DNA of 64,000 nt from an uncultured Christensenella sp. (GTDB lineage: Bacteria > Bacillota > Clostridia > Christensenellales > UBA1242), in NCBI GenBank assembly GCA_948466185.1, contig CAOJZM010000001.1, forward strand, positions 86,742 through 150,741, in the 5' to 3' direction. Positions 31,156 through 42,700 of this stretch are shown here, one piece after another. Position 1 is the first letter of the stretch. Each line of letters starts with the position of its first letter. The notes beneath the pieces are model-generated. The model had not been told where the DNA came from. It did not search any database and saw only the letters and a program-made list of their open reading frames with translations. The position numbers and the translations under genes were made by a program.

Positions 31156-31278
31156 AGGGATTCGAACCCTAGGGTTCGTTCCTGTCGGAACCGGACCGCA
31201 AACAAGTTGCTCCCGACTTGAGCTAAAAAACAGCCACTGGCAGTTTTTCTTAACGCGCCGTCCCCTTGCGACGCACCA
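31156..31278. other. mosaic of tRNA-derived fragments between tRNA-Arg and tRNA-Leu
   Basis: 31156-31169 is the exact reverse complement of the tRNA-Arg T-arm segment at 31109-31122. 31263-31278 (CCCTTGCGACGCACCA) is an exact direct copy of the tRNA-Arg 3' end at 31119-31134. The minus strand also shows D-arm-like (GCTC-AAGTCGG-GAGC) and variable-arm-like (GTTCC-GACA-GGAAC) hairpins, but no anticodon arm or acceptor stem. Confidence 0.6.
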
Positions 31279-31305
31279 TTTATTATTATAATCCCTTTTA
31301 AATGT

Positions 31306-31388
<83 letters not shown>

Positions 31389-31428
31389 AATATACTAACT
31401 AAAAAGTTTTTTGAGGCGGAATTGATCA

Positions 31429-31770
31429 ATGTTTAAATTTAAAAAGGATAAATACTCAAACAATAGAGGCGGGAACAGTACTTTGCTAAAAATTTCTTGC
31501 CAATATTGCGGCACTCACATTTGCTTTTACCAAAAAGATGGTCCTGGCGAATTAAGACGAATGTATTGCGATAGAATAATTTATCCTAAAGAATTAGTCG
31601 AAGATGTTAAAGTTGCAAATTTTAACGAGTTAAAACCTTTAAAATGCAAGGGCTGCAATCGAATAATCGCAATGCCAATGATTTATGAGAAGGAAAAGCG
31701 TTTCGCTTTAAGGTTGTTTGTTGGAGCAGTTAAAAAACAAAAAACAACAATTAAAGAATTTGAAAATTAA
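31429..31770 (+). CDS. hypothetical zinc-ribbon protein (113 aa)
   Basis: Two CxxC pairs (CQYCGTH ... CKGCNR). I recognise no family. Confidence 0.6.
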   Translation: MFKFKKDKYSNNRGGNSTLLKISCQYCGTHICFYQKDGPGELRRMYCDRIIYPKELVEDVKVANFNELKPLKCKGCNRIIAMPMIYEKEKRFALRLFVGAVKKQKTTIKEFEN

Positions 31771-31857
31771 ACAAAAATTTAAGTTTTAATTACGCAATTT
31801 TTGAGTTTTGTCTGTAAATCGCAAGGCAAACTCTTTTTTATATTTTATAATCCTATC

Positions 31858-32256
31858 ATGGAAAGAAATAATAACGAAAAACATGCAGTAGTCTACTATA
31901 AGACTGCTCAGTGGTTAAAACAATTTTGCACACAAGAAACCTGCTACCCTAAAATAAAAAACATGTGGACGGAAGAAAACTCATTCTGGGGACACTGTGC
32001 AATTATCGCCCTATACATGTACAATCAGTATGGAGGCAGCATTTTCTGTGGAAATCTTGTTGGGGATAAATTGACGCACTATTGGAACAGAATTGACGGC
32101 GTGGATATGGATTTTACAAGGGAGCAATTTAAAAGCTCCGTTAAATTTGAAAATGTTCACAGAAAACGCAAATCTGATATGCTGGAAAATAAAAACTTTT
32201 CACTAAGGTTTGATTTGTTTTTACAGCAAATAAATTCATCACATGTTAAAAAATAA
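31858..32256 (+). CDS. hypothetical protein (132 aa)
   Basis: The start is set at the ATG (MERNNNEKHAV) rather than the upstream TTG at 31801. It contains the conserved-looking block WGHCAIIALYMYNQYGG...THYWNRIDG. Confidence 0.6.
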   Translation: MERNNNEKHAVVYYKTAQWLKQFCTQETCYPKIKNMWTEENSFWGHCAIIALYMYNQYGGSIFCGNLVGDKLTHYWNRIDGVDMDFTREQFKSSVKFENVHRKRKSDMLENKNFSLRFDLFLQQINSSHVKK

Positions 32257-32283
32257 AAATGCAACATTATGTTGCATTTTTTA
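32255..32283. terminator. bidirectional terminator
   Basis: ATGCAAC-ATTAT-GTTGCAT stem-loop flanked by an A-run and a T-run. It overlaps the cls stop codon. Confidence 0.8.
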
Positions 32284-33732
32284 AAATAGTGCCGCAAGCA
32301 ATCTAAGTATTGCCTGTGAAAACTTCGTTATCCATTTCTTTTTATTAAAATATTCAAGGTCCACTTCTTGCGATTTCTTCATGTCGTGAAAGAATGTCAA
32401 CGTGTACTGCTTTGTCAGTTCCTCAGAATAGAGAATTGCCGTATCCTCAAAGTTGAGTCCAAACGAGCGATTGTCGGTGTTACATGTGCCTATCGACAGT
32501 TTGTTGCTGTCTATAACAATTGCCTTACTATGTAAAAATCCATTGTAAAGATATACCTTTACCCCCATCTCCACCATTTCTTTAAGATAGGAAAGGGTGA
32601 CATGATATACCGATTTTTTATCTGGTATTTTAGGAACCATAATCCTCACGTCAACGCCGCTTTTCACTGCGATTCGAAGGGCACTCATAAACACGTCGTC
32701 AGGAATAAAATATGGAGTTTGAATATACACATTATCTTTTGCAGATGCGATAAGTTTGACAAATACTTCCTTAATCTTCTGCACAGGAGAATCCGGCCCA
32801 GAAGACACAACCTGAACGTTTACATCCCCACAAATTTTGGGAGATGGGAAATATCCATTTTCAAGATAAACCATTGGAGGAGTGTTGTCTTTTTTGCAAT
32901 ATCGCCAGTCATCCAAAAAGATATTTTGAAGAGCATAAGTTCCGCTACCCTCAATTCTTATATGAGTATCTCTCCACGGTGTAAGTTTTTTGTGTTTCCC
33001 CATATGATCATCACGAATGTTTATTCCGCCTGTATAACTTATCATACCGTCGATAACCACAATTTTTCTGTGATTTCGATAGTTTAATTTAAGATTGATC
33101 ATTCGGAAATGCATGAAAGGAGGAAAGAACTCCGCAACCTGCCCTCCTGCCTTTTCAAGCTTTTTGAAAAAGCGTCTTGGTGCATGTCGAGAACCTATGG
33201 AGTCGTAAATCAACTTTACATCCACCCCCTCACTTGCCTTCTTGCAAAGAAGGTCCATAATCTCCTTACCGGTATTATCATTTTCAAATATGTAATATTC
33301 TATATTGATTGAATATCTCGCATTCTTGATATCTCGCTTTAAATCAGCAAGTTTATCCCTGCCCCAGTTGTAAATTTTTACACTGTTTCCGGGACAAGGA
33401 TAACAGCCACTGTTGTAACAAAGGGTGATGATTTCCCTGTCACTTTTCATAAGTTGATTATCCCGCACCTGAGAAAGCGTTTGAATCCCATCAATATTGC
33501 TGATTATATCATGCTCTGAAATTGCTTTATCACGAATCATTTTCCGTGTTCTAAAACTTAACCCACTCCCGAAGATAACATAAAGCACGAAACCAATGAC
33601 CGGTAGAAAAGTCAAAACCGTAAGCCATGAAATGATGCTTTGCGGTTTTTTCTTTTCTAGGAAAACCATACCAATCATAAGGAGGAAATTAAAACTTGCA
33701 ATCACTGAAATTGTTATCAAAATCCATGTCAT
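32281..33732 (-). CDS. cls: cardiolipin synthase
   Basis: Two N-terminal TM helices and two HKD motifs (NHRKIVVIDG and LHSKAIVIDS) in 483 aa. Confidence 0.92.
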   Translation of the reverse strand: MTWILITISVIASFNFLLMIGMVFLEKKKPQSIISWLTVLTFLPVIGFVLYVIFGSGLSFRTRKMIRDKAISEHDIISNIDGIQTLSQVRDNQLMKSDREIITLCYNSGCYPCPGNSVKIYNWGRDKLADLKRDIKNARYSINIEYYIFENDNTGKEIMDLLCKKASEGVDVKLIYDSIGSRHAPRRFFKKLEKAGGQVAEFFPPFMHFRMINLKLNYRNHRKIVVIDGMISYTGGINIRDDHMGKHKKLTPWRDTHIRIEGSGTYALQNIFLDDWRYCKKDNTPPMVYLENGYFPSPKICGDVNVQVVSSGPDSPVQKIKEVFVKLIASAKDNVYIQTPYFIPDDVFMSALRIAVKSGVDVRIMVPKIPDKKSVYHVTLSYLKEMVEMGVKVYLYNGFLHSKAIVIDSNKLSIGTCNTDNRSFGLNFEDTAILYSEELTKQYTLTFFHDMKKSQEVDLEYFNKKKWITKFSQAILRLLAALF

Positions 33733-33746
33733 ACTGTCTTATTCCT

Positions 33747-36700
33747 CTAACTTTTTTCTTTAAGCATGATCGTCACCGTGCCTAATGGATAATCATACAC
33801 ATTTTCATGTCCAAAACTTCCATCAAAAGATGCAACCTTTTGATAAATAGCGATTGTAATATAGTGGGTCTTTATATTAAATGCTGAAGTAGTTGTGATT
33901 TTTCCGTATTCGTCTATACTTGCCGCACCAGATGAAGATTGATCGGTAATCACAAATTTAAGCGATTTTATTTTATCCAAATCCGAATCGGTCAATGTGC
34001 CTATATCCAAACGTTTATTTTCATCTACAACAAGCCCTGCTTCCGAGTTCTTTGCTCGATTCAATGTCATGCCAGCTGCCCATTGAGCAAATTTTACTAT
34101 ATAACTTCCATCTTGCTCGTCGTAATCTTCAACCAAGCTGTATGGGCCAGCATAGTTTGACGAGAATGAATAGTAATACCCTGTCACATTGTAGGTTACA
34201 GGAACTCTATAAGTGTAAGAAATCGAGTTTTCTTGGATTTGTGCCAAATAATATTTTGTCACTTGAACAGGTCCATCATACAGTTGTTCAGCCATAGGGA
34301 TATTTATTTTATCCTTGAATTTACCATCATCGCTCTTTAATGCTGAAATGGTAAAAGTATCCTTAACTGTGGTCCCATATGTTTCGCCAAACAGCGTGAA
34401 CTGTGGCTCAACATAACCGTTACCACTGCCGGTATATTCAATTATGAATCCAGTATGTCCAGTGTTTGTAATCTTTCTAGAGCCAAACGCCGATACTGTC
34501 ACCCTAATTGAAGCGTTAGCCTCTAAAGTAGTTCCAAGTAGAGTTGAAAGCGACAGGTTGTTTGTCCTTGCATAATTATAGTTTTCGTTGCTTGAAATTA
34601 AGTCTCCACTTGAAAGTTGAACTTTTTCACCTTTTATCATTTCCACTTTGTAGGTTATTTGGCTATTTGCTGGTAAGGTGATTTTTAAAGTATCATCAAG
34701 ATAAGTCGGAGCGATTGTTCTATCCTCAGTGGTAGGCTTGTTTATATCATATGCATTGATATAATCATTTACAGTAAACTCTTCGCCATCACAAACAACA
34801 TTGTTTAACTTCGCTTCAAAAGCACTTGCCCTGTTTACATTCATACGAACTGGAAGATTGAATACCTCTACATTATTACCACCACCATAATATTTCAAGG
34901 TGATAACCATGCTAAGTTCAACTGCAGAAGAAGCTCCATACACCCATCCTGCAAGTTTTGGCATTGTGATTGTATAATTGGTATCACCATCACTTCCAGT
35001 GTCTCTCATTTGAGCACCAGTATATGTCACATTGCTTGATGTTGCCAATGTTTGATTTTCCAACTTCACATTTGCAACACTTACACTTGCTTGGTCATTT
35101 TCACTGATTCTTCGCCAATCTATCTGAGTAACAGTAATATTTGCAAATTCAGGTTTTCTCAAGTATTTTTCGTCTGTGGATTCGTATAATTCATAAAAAT
35201 CATTATTAACGTTATAACCCACTCCTGCATTTTCATTTAACATCCTCTTGCTGCTATCTTCTGGGTCTATGAATGGGTCGCCTTTGTTATCATTGTCTTC
35301 AGGGTTAGGGTATTCAAATCCCCAAGCTTTGAGATTTGCGATATTAAGCACAACATAATCATTTCCGTTCACATTGGAATTTGAAATAGAAGAAATATCT
35401 AACAGCGTTTTATCTTGACTTCCTTTGCCAACCTTTTCGATTTTTAAACTTTCATAAACTGCTGCAATATCAAACTTTCCACCTTCTGTAAGGCTGAAGG
35501 TTCCATCTTCCAAAGCTGAAGGAATCGAGCCGTCTGAGTTTAAAACAAAGTAAACATCAAACACATAGCCGTAACTGTCTGTTGCTCTGAGTTTGTAGTC
35601 TTGATTTGCAAAGATAATTTTTGGAACGTTTGTGAATGTCAATACCTGTCCGGTCGCCGAATATAACCATTGATAGATAACTTTATCTGAATCAGAAATT
35701 CTTTTCCATCCATTATCACCAGTCAAATTATCGTTTAATTTTGCAGTGATGTTTTCGGTAATATTGTAGGTCTTGTCGCCTTCCTGTTTGTCAAGCTCTA
35801 ATTCATAAGTAAAGCCACTTGCTGCAACATCTCTGTCCGGCGTTTTAGAATAAGCATGCTTAACAGTAACAAGGTTTGAACCACTGGCAGACCCTGCCAC
35901 ATTAATATCCGCAAAAGTGTCACCGTTAGTATAGAAGGAAGAAGGTGCAGACTTATTTGACCAAATATTATTTTCATCAATGTCTATGTTGCTTGTGCTA
36001 AGATAGTTAATATTATAATCTGGAAGCACTTTATAAAGGATATAAAATTCCTTTGAATAAAGTATGCTGTTAACTTCTTTGGAATAAGTAAAGTATAACA
36101 AAACATAATTACCCTTATTATTTGCTCCATAACCTGTAACACGATAGTCTAATATGACATTAGAGTTATCACTCTTAGTTACCGCTGAAATACCAAGGAA
36201 TCTGTGGCCATTAACCTCAGGTGTAGCAATATCCTCTGCATTACCACTTTCTTTCACGACCTTGTTTTCAAAAGCCTGAATGGTTTCATCCTCTGCATTA
36301 TATTCTTTGTCAATACCCACCATCTGAAGCCTAATTTGGATATTATTGTCGTTAATTTCTTCATATGTCAGAGCTTCGTTGGTGCTTGGATGATATATCT
36401 TGTTCTCCTCTATTAAAGATGAAATCTCTTGATTTGCGTATACAACCTTTAAGGTGTCTGGCCCACTGTCTTTAACATCTATATCAATATCGGTGGTATA
36501 ATTATAGGTGACACCAAATTTTGTTGCTAAATTTTGCTGACCGTTATTAAGGCTATACTCAAAGCCTTTTATTTCAGCAATCACACCTAAATTATTTTCG
36601 TCTTGCTCAAGCACATATTCTATCAGGGAATATTTTGAAGTTGGCCTTGTATTTGTATCATCCTCTGGCTCGTACACTGAAGTAAAGGTCAGCCCTTTAT

Positions 36701-39700
36701 TTGTCATATTGTAATTTACGATATAACCCATATAGGTCAGTTGAATACGGCTGCCAATTTCTGGTTTAGATGCAAAATATTCTTCATCCGATATGCTGAC
36801 AGCATCTGCTTTAAGTTTTCCATCATTGTCAAAGTTTTCCTCGCTGACTGCATAGGTCCCCAAGTATTTATATTTTAAGAAACTTTCTCCAAGATCAAAA
36901 TTGAAGGTTTTTCCAATATCGCTTGTTGTAAGTTTTAAATTTAAAGACTTTTGAATATTTCCATCACCAAATATAATTCTATACTCTCCAGCGATGATAT
37001 TTTCTATATTGTCATTTTGGGTTTTATTATTTATAGTTAAGTTAACAATGCGGTTTGGTGCAAAGATGCTTGGATTGTCAATACGATCAATGTAAAAGTG
37101 TTCTGTATTATTCTCATCAACATTTGCTTTATTGATTGCAAGAGATAACACATTTTCTTTAACGATAACTTTGTAAGTATCAGTCACACCGTTGCATTCA
37201 ATTAAGAATATAACATAACTTTCTGTTCCGTCATTTTTAAATACTTCTCCGTCTGTTCTTTTTAGATAACGTCCCGAACTATATTCAAAGTATTCGCTAT
37301 TATCTGGAACAGAGCTTACCGATTTAACCAGTTCGCTATCTAATGTATAACCAGAAATTTCAACATAATTTGAACCTGACTTTTGATATATCTTGGTGCC
37401 GGCTGGCCATGTATAATTATCTATCACACCGATTTTGAAACGTAGATTTTGAACGTTCATAATTTTATCGTTGATAGCTTTTCCTACAAGCACATTTCTC
37501 CCATCTTCATCGGTATGATAACCATCTGAGGAAGAAATTGTTAAGTTTTGCATTTCCACTATTGTTGCGTTATAACTGAGTGATAAATCCTTATCCGCAC
37601 CTTGAACTTTTTCAAGTATAACACGCTGATTTCCAAAGGTGGTATCCCCCTCGAAGAAAGATCCGTGAGATGCCTTGTCTGGCGTGCCGGCCCAGTCATA
37701 AATTGTGCCATCTTTGATGTATTCACAAGTCCAATCAGAATTGTCAGCGTAAGCTGTTCTTGGCTTGTCACTACTTGTCATTTCTCCCCTGAGTGAGCCT
37801 TTTAATTCAGTACAAAGTGTATTTGAATAATATGGGGCACCATCAAAAATATATTGTCCGTTCTTTAATTTACCATCCAAAACATTTAAATAGACTTTTT
37901 CGCCGCCAACACTGATTGTGACATATTGAACACCTTCAGAGGTTGGATTAGGGTAATTAATGGCTATTGTTGTATTTGGATTAATTTTAAATGAGAAACG
38001 AACATAGAAGCTTTGATAATTCTCATCTCCTTTATATAAATAAACGGTTATCAGGACTTCAACTCTTGCGCCTTCCTTGTTCACATCTTTGGTCATAATT
38101 GCATGGTCTAAACTTGGCTCTTCCTGTTTTTCGATGTATTCCACACCTGAAATAGCATACCAACTAAATTTCACATCATGATTTACCAATGAATTTTCAG
38201 CATTCAATGTCTTAAATATTTCATCAACAGAGAAGCTTTGAGCATTTCCTGCAATTATAGCTTCATCATCTGTTTTCTCCACCTTTTCAGCAGAGCTTAT
38301 CTCTGTTCCAACTGGAGTGTCTCCATCTGTTTGAGAAATGTTGGCTTTTACAAGAACTGGCATTATAAATTTATAACTACGGGCTTCACCTCCAATCACA
38401 AAATTCATCGTGATGGAAATATTTAATTCATAATCAGAAATTGAAGAATATAGCCTAAGTTTGCTATTTGCTTTGTCAAATACGAATAGTCCCCGGCCTT
38501 CCTGTTCCTCTGACACTGTTGCCTCTTCGATTGAGTAACTTTCTAATATATTTCCGTTGACATTTACACTGTCAATAAAGTCACTGAAACTATAGCTTGA
38601 ACCCGCCAAGGCTTCATTTGTTTTATAAGTTACTTCCGCACTTGCTGGGAGTGAAACATCAAGTTGCCCAAGGAAACCATAATCGGTATAGAAAGTGATA
38701 CTTACTGTTTTATTTTCTGAAAGATATTCACCTCTTGTTAATTTGAGTAATGCATTTGATGTGTTGTACTCAACCTTAAGAATATCCTCGTCTATATTGG
38801 CATTTGCCTGCAAGTTGTTATACAGCACACTGCCTGTTGAACTGTCACCGTCATTTGTTTTGGACAACAATTTTACGTTGAGATTAAGAGTTCCACCTTC
38901 AAGCTTGCTTGCATCGGTGGCCTTTATTTCAATATTTGCATTATTACCGTCCACCTTTAATTTTTCTGTTGCAAATCCGGCAGATGCAACTTCATATTGC
39001 AGTGCATATCTTATGGTTGAATTAACAACAAATTTATATTCAATTTCACCACCTACAACCGCAAGTCCATCTCTGCCACCGTCATAAACACGTTTTATAA
39101 GAATTGTCATTGTGTTTTCTTTTCTTGGTGTGATTTGCATATGAATCTTGCTATTTACTTCAACAAAATTTATACTTACAAATTCACTGTAATCTTGCTC
39201 GTTTGTTAATACAATATTATTAACAGTGACACTTAAAACTTTATAAGAGTAATTTAAGTTCTCGCCCAGGTCAGTTTTATTGCCATCCTTATCGTAAACA
39301 ACAACATTGAATCTTTCCTCACCATTATGTAAAGTTTTGCTATCAAACTTTTCAGAGAGATTTATTCCATCTCGTCCACCTATAATTTCATTGACCATTC
39401 CACCAAGTTCTTCTCTGCCACTATTAAAGGCATAAACAGCATCTTTTACCTCAGTATCTGCAATTATCTTCAAAACATAATAGAAGTTCTGAGTATATGT
39501 GCCGTTGGAAACCGCAAATTTAAGTGCTACATATGCGTCTTTATATTCCTCTGCTTGAGACAAGTGGTTTAGTTGTATACTCCAAGCTTTTGTATTTTCA
39601 TCACGTGACTTATCGTGGACAAGCATATCAAAGTTACCAATTGTTGTAGGCAAAATTGAAACATTTGTTGTCAGAGCTGCACTGTCAGGAGATATAAATC

Positions 39701-42700
39701 CGATTGCATCCTTAAATGAACCGTTTTCAAAATTGTGTTGACTTGCAATGACATATTTTGAACCTGCTCGCACCTGCTCATAAATTCCCTTTTCAATAAG
39801 AGTGTCAGGATTGCTTAATGCAGTTTCAAGAAGTGTGTTTTCCTCCAATTTGGCAGTATAGTTGACAAATTCCATACCGATATCAGACACTATAAGAGGA
39901 ATCAGCATCGTGCCTAATTTCTTGTTGTCTGCGCTCAAAATATCAAGAATAATATAACAAGAATCATCATTAAGCCCACGCAATGCCTCACCAGAATTTA
40001 AGAAGCTGATTGTATTGGCAGCTGGCAAGTTATATGCACGAGGGTAAATTCTTTCACCGTTTGCATTGATATAATACTCATTAATTTGTAAAGTATATAC
40101 ATCATCCTGAGAACTTGCTTGCAATTTCCAGCCTGTTGCCTTTTGAACAAGGAAATAATTGACATCCCCCACAGTTTGAAGTTTTGCTTTTACAACTGCA
40201 CTTTCTGGACTGTCTCCAAAATATATTCTGTTTGCCAATGCGGAATAAGAGAAAGTGTCGCCAAGATTATAGTTTATTGTAAGAGTGGCAATCTCATTAC
40301 CGTCTATTGAGAATATAAGATTTTCGTTTAAAACTTGTTTGTTGTAAAGGAAGAATGGAGGGTTCTCATCATTAGGAAGAAGCATATCTCCATTAAGTTT
40401 TAAATGACTGTTTTCTAAGTCGGCAAGCCCTATTTGATAATTTTCCACGACTTGCGAGTCATCAGTTATACGCACCACCTTAAAGTGCTTTGTAATAGCC
40501 TCGTTTGGATCCAACAATGAATATGTATTTTGATTATAATATAATACTTGAACATTACGTTTAACAACAAAATTTACAGTATAGGAAAGGGTATACGGAT
40601 TGTCTACACCATCAAGATTTATGGTAAGAACGTAACTCTTTTCTTCAAGATCCCAGAAATCATCAAAGATGAAGGCACCATCTCTAATTTTTCCGATTGC
40701 ACCGTCATGATTCTCTGATGCAGAAACCAACCTGCAAATTTCACCCGTGCTTACAATGTAATAATCATTAAATTTATTTTTTAATCTTTGTTGTAGCGCT
40801 TCTGTTTCCCCGTTGTTATACAGGATTCTTCCTGAAAGTGATTGGCTGTTACCCGCATAGATTTCCACTTCATTATCAGCTTCAAGTCTTGCATTTGTTT
40901 GCAACATTAAATTGAGTTTGATATTTATCGCACCTGTATTGTTTGAGTCAACAATTTGAAGCCCGATTTCGTGATATGTACTGAAATGTTTTGTTATTGT
41001 AATTTTATTAATTTCTGTTAACTGTGCCAACAACTCTCTCAATTTTTGAGCAGACAAGCCTTTAGTCTCTATCAGTTTAGCTACGCCAGCTGCATCTACG
41101 CCCAATACTGTTACCATGCCATTTTCACCAAAGATGTTCAATATATCCTCATCGCTTAAAGAATAAAGATAAACGGCACTAAAGATAAATTTATATCCTT
41201 GTGCAAGCTTTGTCGCCGAAGTCATTTCCGAAGAGGTATAAAGCTCAACAAGTTTTGCCAGGTCAACAACTCCATTTGCACTGGCATATTTCTCAATTGC
41301 AACACTGCTTACCCCTGTTGTGTTAGGCAGAAGTTCGGTTACTCCCAATGTTGTGGAACTGTCCCTCTTGATTCCTTGAACACCCGTTGATGTAACCACG
41401 AAATTAAGAGGTGCAGTTGATTTATTGCCGCAATAAGCGTATACAGTTGCCGTTGCATTATCAGCAGTTTGGAATGTAAAAGTTTGTCCATTAACGGTAA
41501 TAACTCTGGAATTGTTTGTGCGATATTCCCATCTTTGACTGAAATATGTTGTATTTGCATATTGGTCAGTCACTTGAACTAAAAGCAAACTGATTAAATC
41601 TTGAACCGCACCAAGTGTTTTTTCTTGACCTGCTTTATTAATATAACTAATTAAAGTTTCAAACTCACCATCTGTGGTTAAAGTTTGTAAAATTGTTATA
41701 TTTTGTGTTAGATCAATCGTGTCACTTTCAAGTGTGATAGTTTCAACTCGTGGAGTATAGATTGAAAGGCTTACAGTTGTTGGTTTTTTCCACTCTTTGC
41801 TTGAAAACGCATCAAAAAGTCTAAAATATCCAATCCGAATAGCATTTGTAAGATTAAGCGAGTTGTTTGCCTTTAAAGTGTATCTGATTTGTTTATTCGC
41901 TTCAATAAGTTCATAAGGAGCAATAATAAATTTGTCAGTTATATTCTCTTCTTCTCCGCTTAAAACCGAAAGGGATATCTGATTTGCTGCAAGTTCTTCT
42001 TTAAACACTTCCCATGAATCCGAATTTATCTGGAAGGTCAGGGTGATTGTTTCATTTGAACCTTCATAAATATATCCAGTTGTATTCGTTGTCACAACGT
42101 CCAGTTCTTGAACAGAGCCATCGTGTAGTGTCTTTGTTACCTTAACCTTGATACTATCCAAAGTCGCCTGAACTAAAATATATTTTCCATCATTATCATA
42201 AATAAATTGTCCAGCGTCATTAGTTTGTACACTTGCAAAGAAGATTTCAAAATTTCCCGTGCCAATAACAGAAAGTTCAGAACCACGCAGTGCATACAAT
42301 GAATATGTTTGATTTCCGATTGTATATTCTCCTGAACGTTGTGGAAGATAGCTCTTTTCATCAAGCACATCAGTTATAGTGGTGTTTGCATTTGGGAAAT
42401 AAGCAAAATAAATTCCACTTCTAAATATGTTTTCGGCAGGTATTTGCCCAAGTCCTTCCAACGCCTTTGTTGCAGGAATAACAGTATCCCCGTTATAATC
42501 AAGCGTCATTACGATATCTGAATTGTCTGTCCATGTTACATCCAATTCTTCATGCACCTTGCTATCAACATAAACAATAGCATTAATTGGTACATTGTCT
42601 TGACTGTAAATTTCGTAGCCATTTTCTGAAGTGGTGGAGTTTTCAAGAAGCACAACGTTCATTCTAAAATTATACGCCCCAGTGGTATATAACTCCCATT

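Noticed and set aside
31141-31235. A possible extra class II tRNA or tRNA-Sec on the minus strand, suggested by a T-arm, a D-arm-like hairpin and a long variable-arm-like hairpin.
   Set aside because: No 5-bp anticodon stem with a 7-nt loop can be formed. The would-be acceptor strands (TGTTTTT / AAATAAG) do not pair. I treated it as fragments or a pseudogene.
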